Virus record (IMG/VR): IMGVR_UViG_3300022879_000001
DNA length: 20,000 nt
Origin: an uncultured virus (IMG/VR IMGVR_UViG_3300022879_000001)
Lineage: Duplodnaviria > Heunggongvirae > Uroviricota > Caudoviricetes
Direction: 5' to 3' (one strand)
Shown: positions 1 through 7,780 of the stretch, in pieces
Layout of the letters: each line of letters opens with the position of its first letter
How positions within the stretch are numbered: position 1 is the stretch's first letter
The notes under the pieces: model-generated
Databases searched by the model: none
What the model saw: the letters and a program-made list of their open reading frames with translations, nothing else
Told to the model about the DNA's origin: nothing
Position numbers and translations under genes: made by a program

Positions 1-468
1 GAAGGAGATAAAAAATTTGCTATGTTTCCAGAAGCCTACGATTGGATGGTAGATCAAATGGAAAAGCGCATAGTTAATTGTAAAATGGAAAATAACCCTA
101 TATGGTTATGGCAAAGAAAACCAAGCGGAAATGAAAAAGCACTTGCAACAAAAGGAGAAAGATGGGTTATTTTAAAATTAGATGTTCCAGAAGATAAAAT
201 TTTATGGACATCATTCGATGATTGGCATTCCATTCTAAATAATAATCCAATAACTTATAATGAAAAAGAATGGGATTCTTTTAACGAAAGAGGATTTACA
301 AAGGAAGAAGTTTCAAAAACTTGGGATCGATTATTTGACCATGAGTGGTTAGCAAGTAGACCAACTGAATGGGCAGGTAATTATAACGAGCATTGGATGC
401 AAGGTGTTACTCAACGAATTACAATGGAACAAGTTAAGAAAGTTACACGCTTTATAGGCAAAGGATAA
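1..468 (+). CDS. DUF3841-family protein, probably 5'-truncated by the window edge
   Basis: Frame is open from base 1 (EGDKKFAMF...). The motifs AYDWMVDQM, PIWLW and LKLDVPEDKILWTSFDDWHSILN are typical of DUF3841. Confidence 0.7.
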   Translation, partial: EGDKKFAMFPEAYDWMVDQMEKRIVNCKMENNPIWLWQRKPSGNEKALATKGERWVILKLDVPEDKILWTSFDDWHSILNNNPITYNEKEWDSFNERGFTKEEVSKTWDRLFDHEWLASRPTEWAGNYNEHWMQGVTQRITMEQVKKVTRFIGKG

Positions 469-572
469 TGGTTGAAATTCTTAATTCTTATAAAAAGAAT
501 TGGTTGTAAGGCAAAATAAGAATGGAGGTATTCTGTGTTTTAATAAACAATATACATAAAGGTTGAATTGAA

Positions 573-1193
573 ATGAAAGAGAATAATAAAATATGGCTGC
601 AAGTACCAACTGAAATTGTTAGAAATATTGGATTTAAAATTGATGAGAAGTCTTTTGCTGTTTATGCATTTTTACTTTTTAAGAAGTTTAAAGCATTTAA
701 TATTAGTGAAATAGACGTTTTACTTAAAGATATAAAAGTTGTAACAGGAATTACTGATAATAGGACTATTAAGAAATGTTTTTTGAATCTACATAATCAA
801 GGGCTAATTATGAATAAAATTGATAAATTACCTATTAATAATCCTCTACAAATTACAATGTTAAAACCTTATAAAGATGACTTTTTTACACAAATGCCAT
901 TAAATTTAATCAAATCAATTGATAGTATAGGTTTAATTGGATTTAGATTAATGTACTATTATGAGTCTTATATAAACAGGAACGACATGGCAAAGCTATT
1001 TTGTTATCCAAGTTATGAAACTATTCAAATTGATTTAGGAATAAGTAATTTCTCTGTAACAAAGTACAATAAAATGTTAGTAAAAGAAAAGCTAATTACT
1101 ATTACTAAACACAAAGCAGAATATGATCCATTTGGAGATTGCGGATTAGAGAAGTTTAATAACCATTATAGTGTCAATCTACATAAAATATAG
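573..1193 (+). CDS. Tandem winged helix-turn-helix DNA-binding protein (HTH_36 / phage replication-organiser-like)
   Basis: Two similar halves (WLQVPTEIV...AVYAFL...IKVVTGITDNRTIKKCFLNLHNQGLI and FTQMPLNLI...LMYYY...CYPSYETIQIDLGISNFSVTKYNKMLVKEKLI). CYPSxxTIxxDLGIS is a classic wHTH signature. Confidence 0.65.
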   Translation: MKENNKIWLQVPTEIVRNIGFKIDEKSFAVYAFLLFKKFKAFNISEIDVLLKDIKVVTGITDNRTIKKCFLNLHNQGLIMNKIDKLPINNPLQITMLKPYKDDFFTQMPLNLIKSIDSIGLIGFRLMYYYESYINRNDMAKLFCYPSYETIQIDLGISNFSVTKYNKMLVKEKLITITKHKAEYDPFGDCGLEKFNNHYSVNLHKI

Positions 1194-1238
1194 AAACCTA
1201 AAAAGGAAGAAAATAAAGGATAATTAACACGATTAGAA

Positions 1239-1420
1239 TTTTACCTGAAAAGGTGAAATTATGAATCGTAAATACTGTATATTATGTATCTTATATATTA
1301 TTCTTTATATACAAAGATTTATGCAACCTTTGCTAGTAATTCGCTTTATGAGATATGGTAATTGAACTAGGCAATAGTTGCATTTGGCTTTACTAATGAA
1401 TTAACGCTTATTTAATTCAT
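1239..1420. repeat. Cluster of three inverted repeats in a 366-bp non-coding region
   Basis: TTTTACCT-GAAA-AGGTGAAA (1239-1258); bulged hairpin ATGCAAC...GTTGCAT (1321-1383); perfect ATGAATTAA-N7-TTAATTCAT (1396-1420). Confidence 0.75.
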
Positions 1421-1559
1421 AGAGAGCTCCAATTTATTTGATATATAAAGTGTGCTGAATAGTAATAAAACGTCTAAAATCAATTGGAAATTATATTAAA
1501 AGTTAAATAAAAGATAAATATTATCAAACCAATACATAATCAAGAATAGGTGAATTATT

Positions 1560-1967
1560 ATGAGTGGTAAAATTAAAGTAAATAAAGACATAAAAAATGC
1601 ATTAGATGGTCTCATCTTTAAAGGTGAAGAAATCATATCTGAGAGAACTAAAAAGAAACGCATAGAAAACATTATTCAGTGTCATGCAAAATACGGGCAT
1701 TGGAATGGTTATAAACAATTGAATAATTTAACATTAATAGAATTAACGAAAATGTTGATTAATGGATATGAAGTTGAGCCGTCACTAGAAGAAAAATTAG
1801 TTAAACATTTCTCTGACCATAAAGAAATAGTAAAATTTTATGATGGAAAGAAAGAGTTAGATAAATGTGAAATTGAACAATATAACTTTTCTAGAGGGTA
1901 TGTTACTGCATATGAAGATTTACTGTCAGGAAAAGTGGACTTAAATAAGATTAAAATCACTAAATAA
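1560..1967 (+). CDS. Hypothetical phage protein (135 aa)
   Basis: ORF with AGGTG RBS. LINGYEVE motif is seen in Bacillus phage proteins. Stop TAA lies inside boundary element 1964. Confidence 0.75.
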   Translation: MSGKIKVNKDIKNALDGLIFKGEEIISERTKKKRIENIIQCHAKYGHWNGYKQLNNLTLIELTKMLINGYEVEPSLEEKLVKHFSDHKEIVKFYDGKKELDKCEIEQYNFSRGYVTAYEDLLSGKVDLNKIKITK

Positions 1968-2012
1968 AAACTGAATATTACGGAATGGACACTAATATAA
2001 GGAGTAAGATAT

Positions 2013-2333
2013 ATGACAATAATAGTAAATGTTAATGATTTAAAGAGATTATCTGAAAATTTCTATTTAACGGTGGAGTCACAATTAACCGATGAGATAT
2101 TAGAAAAATGCAAAGAGTATGCTTCAAATGGTCTTTATCGTTATTATCATAAATTTGAAGATTCAGTGGAACAAAATGAAATATTAATTGTTAAGAAAAA
2201 GCTAGAATCAATGGGTTTTACAGTTGAAAGCAGAATCATGTCTTATCCTAAAACAAAAGTACGTTGGTATACTCGTATGAAAAATGTAGAATATCATAAT
2301 GACAAAGTAATGACAGTTACTTGGAGTGATTAA
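2013..2333 (+). CDS. Hypothetical protein (106 aa)
   Basis: AAGGAG RBS upstream, ATG start. Confidence 0.75.
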   Translation: MTIIVNVNDLKRLSENFYLTVESQLTDEILEKCKEYASNGLYRYYHKFEDSVEQNEILIVKKKLESMGFTVESRIMSYPKTKVRWYTRMKNVEYHNDKVMTVTWSD

Positions 2334-2401
2334 ATAAAAGTGATTTTTTTTATTATAAAAAATACATATAACTAAAAAGATAAAAGGGGTAAGCTATACA
2401 T

Positions 2402-2629
2402 ATGATGAAAAAGATTACATTTACAATGTCTGTTATTTATGACGAAGAAGACATTAACGCCAATAACGCATTGGATGCTATTGAGCATGAAATATTTAAT
2501 ATTGAAGGTGTTAAACAATGGGATGTAGATGATCAGAATGTAGTAATTGAAAATATAGAGGTTGAATATGACGATGAAGAAGAATATGACTTTCACCAAG
2601 AGGACTATGTTATACACAATGAAGATTAA
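2402..2629 (+). CDS. Small, very acidic hypothetical protein (75 aa)
   Basis: AAGGGG RBS; 24 D/E versus 3 K and no R. Confidence 0.7.
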   Translation: MMKKITFTMSVIYDEEDINANNALDAIEHEIFNIEGVKQWDVDDQNVVIENIEVEYDDEEEYDFHQEDYVIHNED

Positions 2630-2686
2630 TTAATATGTTCATTTTATGAAATAAAAATATTGTACAGAACTGAAAGGGTGGAGGAA

Positions 2687-3127
2687 ATGGCATTTGAAGT
2701 ATGGAAATGCGTAGAGAAAGATTGTAAAGGATTTGTTGTATTCGATAATGCAGATTTTGATTTTAATAACATCCCAATACTAGATGGCATTTATGCATTT
2801 TATGATCCGTCTTGTACTGAATGTGGTAAGGAATATAAAGTTGTTCCACATTACACTGTAGTAACGGCAGAGGACGAATTTAAAGAAGCTACTAGTACAT
2901 GTATAACTAAATTTGAGAAACGAGAACAAGAGCGTAAATTCGAAAACGAAACAGTTCCTTATTTCAAGGTGGAGAAATTTATCCAATTACGAGGATATTC
3001 TTACTCAGTAGATTCTGTTATGAATGGGTATCGTGCAAAACAACGAGGTGAATACATCAGTTATACAATGAAAGATTGTGTAAATAATTTGGAAAAGGAA
3101 TTACAAGAGTTAGTAGGTATTTGCTAA
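2687..3127 (+). CDS. Zinc-ribbon-containing hypothetical protein
   Basis: GGAGG directly before ATG 2687, though the ORF-track TTG at 2660 is also possible. CVEKDC and CTEC motifs. Confidence 0.7.
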   Translation: MAFEVWKCVEKDCKGFVVFDNADFDFNNIPILDGIYAFYDPSCTECGKEYKVVPHYTVVTAEDEFKEATSTCITKFEKREQERKFENETVPYFKVEKFIQLRGYSYSVDSVMNGYRAKQRGEYISYTMKDCVNNLEKELQELVGIC

Positions 3128-3171
3128 ATGGATAAATAAAAGATTCGTATTATGAAATGGTTTGTGGAATA

Positions 3172-3201
3172 TTGGAAAAACAAATAGTAGCTTGATATAA
3201 T
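3172..3201 (+). promoter_or_regulatory. Sigma-A-like promoter of the nuclease gene
   Basis: TTGGAA-N18-TATAAT with extended -10 TG (TGATATAAT). Confidence 0.6.
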
Positions 3202-3232
3202 TGGTATAAAAATATAGGAAGGTTGTTGTTTT

Positions 3233-4447
3233 TTGTACTATAAAGAGGAAAACTTATTCTTTAAAGGGGATTTATATAATTTTTTAGAAATGAAAAAGCG
3301 AGAGATTAAAAATCACATTGAATCTGAAGAAGAGAACTATATTTTAAATATAGGTCAAGAGCAATTCATAGATTATTTAATAAAAAAATTTAAAATAGAT
3401 ACTATAGAGATACTAGAAGGCGGAATATATGGGGATGAGGTGGAGGAATTAGTTACGTCTCTTTATGGAAACAGAACAAACTTAATTAAAAAGCCTGTAA
3501 TATACTACAATATCCCTTTTAACGGTGATAAAAACCTATTACATTGCGTACCATCGACATATTACAGTATCTTTCCAAAAGCTCATGTCGAAGAAGGAAA
3601 GATAATAAAGTACTTTGTAGTTTATGAAGATTATCAAACAGTTGAAAACAATTTCCAAAAATTCAAAAATGATTTGATGGATTATGTTAGAAATGTTAAT
3701 GCTGATTTAGAGGTATATAATTCTAATCTCCAAAATTTTATTTCAAATATTTTCATAACGAGGAAAACTGAGTTCTTGAGAAGAATGGAATTAAAATCTG
3801 GATTATCTATTCCAATAAAAAAGAAATCAGGCGTCCCAAGTACTTTTTCTATACCTGATGTAAAAGTTAAAAAGAAAATATTTGTTAAACCAATTGAAAC
3901 TGAAAGTAATTTTGCTCCTGATCCAACATTAGACGACAAAACTTATAATGACATATTGAAAATAATAAATGATATGGGTAAAGAGTTTGAACGTAAACCT
4001 GCCGTTTATGGAAATAAAGGAGAAGAGGCATTGAGGGATCATTTCTTAGTGTTGTTAGAACCACACTTTGATGGTAGCGCTACTGGAGAAACATTTAACA
4101 AAAGTGGTAAAACAGACATTTTACTAAGATATGAAGGTGAAAATGTATTTGTTGGCGAGTGTAAATTTTGGACAGGTGAAAAAGGATTCTTACAAACGAT
4201 TGACCAATTATTAGGATACTTAACTTGGAGAGATTCTAAGACTTCTGTGATAATGTTTGTAAGGAATAAAGATATTACAAGCGTCATTGAGACAGCGAAA
4301 GAATCAATTCAAAAGCATGAAAACTTTATTAAGTTTGTGGATGAAAAAGATGGTAGTTGGTTTAATTATATCTTCCACTTAAATGGAGATAAGAATAAAG
4401 AAATAAAAGTTGCAGTTATGCTTTATCATACACCAAAAGATGAGTAA
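3233..4447 (+). CDS. PD-(D/E)xK restriction-endonuclease-fold protein with helical N-terminal region (candidate defence/moron gene)
   Basis: C-terminal E-ALRD...GKTDILLRYEGENVFVGECKFW gives a D...ExK catalytic pattern, followed by IDQLLGYL. AGGAAGG RBS and TTG start. Confidence 0.7.
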   Translation: MYYKEENLFFKGDLYNFLEMKKREIKNHIESEEENYILNIGQEQFIDYLIKKFKIDTIEILEGGIYGDEVEELVTSLYGNRTNLIKKPVIYYNIPFNGDKNLLHCVPSTYYSIFPKAHVEEGKIIKYFVVYEDYQTVENNFQKFKNDLMDYVRNVNADLEVYNSNLQNFISNIFITRKTEFLRRMELKSGLSIPIKKKSGVPSTFSIPDVKVKKKIFVKPIETESNFAPDPTLDDKTYNDILKIINDMGKEFERKPAVYGNKGEEALRDHFLVLLEPHFDGSATGETFNKSGKTDILLRYEGENVFVGECKFWTGEKGFLQTIDQLLGYLTWRDSKTSVIMFVRNKDITSVIETAKESIQKHENFIKFVDEKDGSWFNYIFHLNGDKNKEIKVAVMLYHTPKDE

Positions 4448-4485
4448 TCAATTTAATACTCGTCTAAATAAGAGTATAGTATTAA

Positions 4486-4513
4486 GCAGGGTAGATTAAT
4501 TTCTACTCTGTTT
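4486..4513 (+). terminator. Rho-independent terminator after the nuclease gene
   Basis: GCAGGGTAGA/TCTACTCTGT stem followed by a short T run. Another inverted repeat, TTAATACT...AGTATTAA (4453-4485), precedes it. Confidence 0.6.
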
Positions 4514-4521
4514 AATTAACA

Positions 4522-4567
4522 AAATACATAAATTATTATTGAATTAAATGGATTGTGGTGTTAATAT
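4522..4567 (+). promoter_or_regulatory. Sigma-A-like promoter with upstream AAATACATAA box
   Basis: AAATACATAA 4522-4531; TTGAAT 4539-4544, N17, TG-n-TAATAT 4562-4567. Confidence 0.7.
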
Positions 4568-4612
4568 GACTATAAGAAGTAAACTACTACTAAAATTTAG
4601 GAGGTTTTAGAA

Positions 4613-4801
4613 ATACATAATCATTGGACTTTCACACAAGCAGACGATATCGAATGGGTACATGAAGCATTTTATAGCAAAATAGACGCTAGAGCAGAAG
4701 GAAAGAAAATGTTTAAAGGTAAAGACATTATAATAGGGCAGTTGAAGGATCATGGAAATAGGTATGTTGTAGTAAATCAAGAAGTAATTAAAGTTAGTTA
4801 A
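4613..4801 (+). CDS. Small hypothetical protein (~62 aa) with non-canonical ATA start (not in ORF track)
   Basis: AGGAGG at 4599-4604; open frame IHNHWTFTQADDIEWVHEAFYSKIDARAEGKKMF...IKVS; stop TAA inside element 4798. Confidence 0.55.
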   Translation: MHNHWTFTQADDIEWVHEAFYSKIDARAEGKKMFKGKDIIIGQLKDHGNRYVVVNQEVIKVS

Positions 4802-4834
4802 AAGAACCGTTTTATAAAGAATAGGAGGTGTAAA

Positions 4835-5026
4835 ATGAATTATCAAGTGAAGTTAAAGGAAATCGATTTAAGGGAAGCTGTAAGAATAATGGATCGATTC
4901 ACAGTGTTTTATAGCTATGAAATTGGCACTGGTGTGTTTTTACTAAACAAAGAAAACTTATCTACAGCAATTAATGGAGATGCAATCTATTTAACTCCTT
5001 ATGGATGGTTAGAGTTAGAAGAATGA
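4835..5026 (+). CDS. Hypothetical protein (63 aa)
   Basis: Strong AGGAGGT RBS. Confidence 0.7.
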   Translation: MNYQVKLKEIDLREAVRIMDRFTVFYSYEIGTGVFLLNKENLSTAINGDAIYLTPYGWLELEE

Positions 5027-5072
5027 TGTTTCATTGATAGAGGAGTTTTATTGAAACTAAGGAGGATGAAAT

Positions 5073-5372
5073 ATGCGCAGCTCTAGTTTTAAAACAACAG
5101 AAGAAGTAATTGAGTATGCTAAGTCATTAGGAATGATGAAAGTCGAGTATGATGATGGAATTTATTATGATTTATGTTTTGAATTTCACTCAGGATTAAG
5201 ATTAGTCAATCATGATCCAGATATAAATTGTTGGATTTTACAATTCAAAGAAGATATATCTTATGCTCAAATTGTAAATACAAGCTTGGATTTTAAGGAA
5301 ATCAGTATTGATGAATGTTTAAGCAGTGTGGTAAAAATTAAAGAGATTGTAGAATTAACTAATCTACAATAA
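5073..5372 (+). CDS. Hypothetical protein (99 aa)
   Basis: AAGGAGG RBS. Confidence 0.75.
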   Translation: MRSSSFKTTEEVIEYAKSLGMMKVEYDDGIYYDLCFEFHSGLRLVNHDPDINCWILQFKEDISYAQIVNTSLDFKEISIDECLSSVVKIKEIVELTNLQ

Positions 5373-5408
5373 ATTATTTAATTAAATAATAAAAGGAGAA
5401 AATACATA

Positions 5409-5681
5409 ATGGAACGAAAATTAGTATTAGTTGGAATGTTAGGATTTACAGTTTTATTTGGATGTAGTCAGAGTGATGAGGGGAATGTAAGTGCTAGTGA
5501 TCAAGGTGAGATGAATGTAATGTCAGTAGATAGAGTACACAATGGAGAAGCAGTTATACTTAAACATAAAGATACAGGTTGCTACTATACATATGTCAGA
5601 GGTACTGGCAGTAGTACATCTTCTGCTCCAACTCAGATGATGCTTGTAAAAGAAGGTGTAGTTGTTCCGTATTGTGATTAA
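5409..5681 (+). CDS. Small lipoprotein, DUF6440-like
   Basis: Signal peptide MERKLVLVGMLGFTVLFG|C with a lipobox; ILKHKDTGCYYTYV motif. Confidence 0.7.
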   Translation: MERKLVLVGMLGFTVLFGCSQSDEGNVSASDQGEMNVMSVDRVHNGEAVILKHKDTGCYYTYVRGTGSSTSSAPTQMMLVKEGVVVPYCD

Positions 5682-5742
5682 TTAAATAAATTGATTCTAT
5701 TATCTAAAGTAAAAATTACACAAATGAAATGAGGAGTTAAAT

Positions 5743-5901
5743 TTAAACATTAATAAACAAGAGATTTTTGAAAAAGCTATGGAAGAAGCATCTAAAGTTT
5801 TAGGAGCTGACCCTGCGTATTTCGGTGAAGAAGGAAAAGAAGAAGTTGAGAAACAATTAATTAAAATGGGGTATACACTAGATGAATTAAGAGAGAATTA
5901 A
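5743..5901 (+). CDS. Small hypothetical protein (~52 aa), start uncertain (TTA/ATT; not in ORF track)
   Basis: GAGGAG at 5731-5736; open frame LNINKQEIFEKAMEEASKVLGADPAYFGEEGKEEVEKQLIKMGYTLDELREN*. Confidence 0.5.
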   Translation, partial: LNINKQEIFEKAMEEASKVLGADPAYFGEEGKEEVEKQLIKMGYTLDELREN

Positions 5902-5929
5902 AATAGATAGAAAAAGGGGAGTTGTTTAG

Positions 5930-6208
5930 ATGGAATTTAAATTCGAAGAAGCAGTTTCACGAGGTAGCGTATTTAAAACATTACAAAAACAATATGTAGA
6001 ATTAGACTCTACTCAGAAAAAGATAATCGACAAACTGTTGATGAGCTTTAACTATTCTGAAGAATCTACTGAAATACTTAACTCGATTATTGAGTTAGTT
6101 GCTATTACAAATTATCATCTTGGTGCGGATCGTCAGAAAGATGCTTTAATTGAAAATGCAAAACGCAAAATAGAGGAACTAGAGCATACTTATATTAATC
6201 GAGGTTAA
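5930..6208 (+). CDS. Hypothetical helical protein (92 aa)
   Basis: AGGGGAG RBS. Confidence 0.75.
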   Translation: MEFKFEEAVSRGSVFKTLQKQYVELDSTQKKIIDKLLMSFNYSEESTEILNSIIELVAITNYHLGADRQKDALIENAKRKIEELEHTYINRG

Positions 6209-6246
6209 ATAATAGTCACGTTTTATAAAAGGAGGGAGGGGTTAGT

Positions 6247-6414
6247 TTGGAGAAATGTGAGCATAAATCCATTACTCTTTATAATACTACAGGTAAGAAA
6301 ATTGAATCAGGAGGATATGAAGTTGATTTTGCAATTAGATGTCATGATTGCGATGAAGAGTTATTTCGTATAAGCGAATACAAAAGAGAAATTATCAATC
6401 TATCTAAACATTAG
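6247..6414 (+). CDS. Small zinc-ribbon protein (55 aa; not in ORF track)
   Basis: GGAGGG RBS, TTG start, MEKCEH...RCHDCDEEL (CxH...CxxC). Confidence 0.65.
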   Translation: MEKCEHKSITLYNTTGKKIESGGYEVDFAIRCHDCDEELFRISEYKREIINLSKH

Positions 6415-6472
6415 AAGATGTTGAAATTTAAGGTTAAAATATTAAATACATAATAAAAGGAGAATTATTTTT

Positions 6473-6811
6473 ATGACAAACAAAGATGTAATTAATAAAT
6501 GGAGAAAAGTTATTGAGGGTGATTTTATTGCGGTTAAGAATGAGTGGACTATTCCGAAGCGTGTTTCAGTTGAACAGATTAAAGCGAAGATAAATGCTTT
6601 AAATGATGAGCATGCAGGTATTTTAGTGAGACACAAGGCTACTACAAACTTATACAGAATCACACATTTCAGCGTATTAAATGAAAAAGGTGAAGCTGAA
6701 TATGCGGTAAACTATCATCCTTTTGACGAAAATACATTACGTGATCATGATAAGGTTAAATTTACTAGACCTGCTTCTGAATTCTTTGATGGTCGATTTA
6801 AGTTTAATTAA
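6473..6811 (+). CDS. DUF1653-like protein
   Basis: VRHKATTNLYRI...AVNY...FTRPASEFFDGRF matches the DUF1653 pattern (YRHxKxxxY...VxY...RPxxxF). Confidence 0.6.
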   Translation: MTNKDVINKWRKVIEGDFIAVKNEWTIPKRVSVEQIKAKINALNDEHAGILVRHKATTNLYRITHFSVLNEKGEAEYAVNYHPFDENTLRDHDKVKFTRPASEFFDGRFKFN

Positions 6812-6859
6812 TATATTTGTATTATAAAGTACATATCAGATACAATAAAACAAACAATC

Positions 6860-6890
6860 AGAGTAGGATAAATATTATCTTACTCTTTTT
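6860..6890 (+). terminator. Rho-independent terminator
   Basis: AGAGTAGGATA/TATCTTACTCT stem followed by a T tract. Confidence 0.8.
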
Positions 6891-6898
6891 ATATAATA

Positions 6899-6943
6899 AA
6901 ATACATAAAATATGTTGCGTTTATGTTTATTATGTGGTAATAT
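6899..6943 (+). promoter_or_regulatory. Sigma-A-like promoter with upstream AAATACATAA box
   Basis: Box 6899-6908; TTGCGT 6915-6920, N17, TG-G-TAATAT 6938-6943. Confidence 0.7.
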
Positions 6944-6963
6944 TTAGTTAAATAATAAAAGGA

Positions 6964-7179
6964 GTGATTGAAATGAACGAACAAGAAAGAATTCAATACA
7001 TAAAAGGGTTATCAGAAAATGGATTAATGCACGAAATTGATTATCAGGATATTAAGTTTTTAATTGATATTGCAGACAGATTAGGACAATTTGCAAATGA
7101 ATTTGATCCAATGATTAGCGAAGGTCAAATGAATGCTTATGCTGAAGCATATAAAGCAGGTATGTTGGAGGGTAACTAA
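6964..7179 (+). CDS. Hypothetical protein (~68-71 aa)
   Basis: AAGGAG RBS; real start may be ATG 6973. Confidence 0.7.
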   Translation: MIEMNEQERIQYIKGLSENGLMHEIDYQDIKFLIDIADRLGQFANEFDPMISEGQMNAYAEAYKAGMLEGN

Positions 7180-7180
7180 T

Positions 7181-7406
7181 ATGGAAAAATACAAAAATGA
7201 ACTAATGGAAATGATTGATAAAGCTGAAAAATATGACGAACTATTATTCATCAACAAAGAGAAAACATTAAATTGTTCTTTTTTGTGGTAAACGACAAGA
7301 AGATGTACGAAAACTGGTAGCGAGTCCAAGAGCTATTATTTGTGATGAATGTATCAACTTGTGCAATGAAGCTCTTGAATATGAAGCAAAAGAAGAAATG
7401 AAATAA
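7181..7406 (+). pseudogene. ClpX C4-type zinc-finger domain protein with a one-base frameshift in a T6 run
   Basis: ATG 7181 reads ...LNCSF, then stops at 7289-7291. Removing one T from 7279-7284 gives [34 protein letters not shown], the ClpX N-terminal zinc-binding motif, ending at TAA 7404-7406 inside element 7403. Confidence 0.8.
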
Positions 7407-7442
7407 AACCAATATATTATTTAGATTATGAGGAGGAGAAAT

Positions 7443-7733
7443 ATGTATTTCTATAAAATTTCTGAGGGATGTTATGATCAATATGAAAGCATTACATTAA
7501 TGCACGAAAAAGAATACCCTAATATTAAATTTGCTATTATGTACAATACTGTCATTGGGAAAAAGGATAGTTTAGACTTGGATGAAATTGCAAAGCAAAT
7601 GGTCGATAGATACGGATTCAAAATTGTTAAGCCTAAAATTGAAATTAATACCGATTATGGTTGGTGTAAGAAGGTGAATTTAGAAAAATTTGATAACGAT
7701 TCAGAGTACCATATAGTTAATTGGAAAGATTAA
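7443..7733 (+). CDS. Hypothetical protein (96 aa)
   Basis: GAGGAGGAG RBS favours ATG 7443. Confidence 0.75.
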   Translation: MYFYKISEGCYDQYESITLMHEKEYPNIKFAIMYNTVIGKKDSLDLDEIAKQMVDRYGFKIVKPKIEINTDYGWCKKVNLEKFDNDSEYHIVNWKD

Positions 7734-7780
7734 GTAATATCATGCTTTTATCTAAGTAAATACATAAAAACGAAAGGAGA

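Noticed and set aside
5374..5389. Perfect 16-bp palindrome TTATTTAATTAAATAA
   Set aside because: All A/T, single copy in a very AT-rich spacer; plausible by chance.
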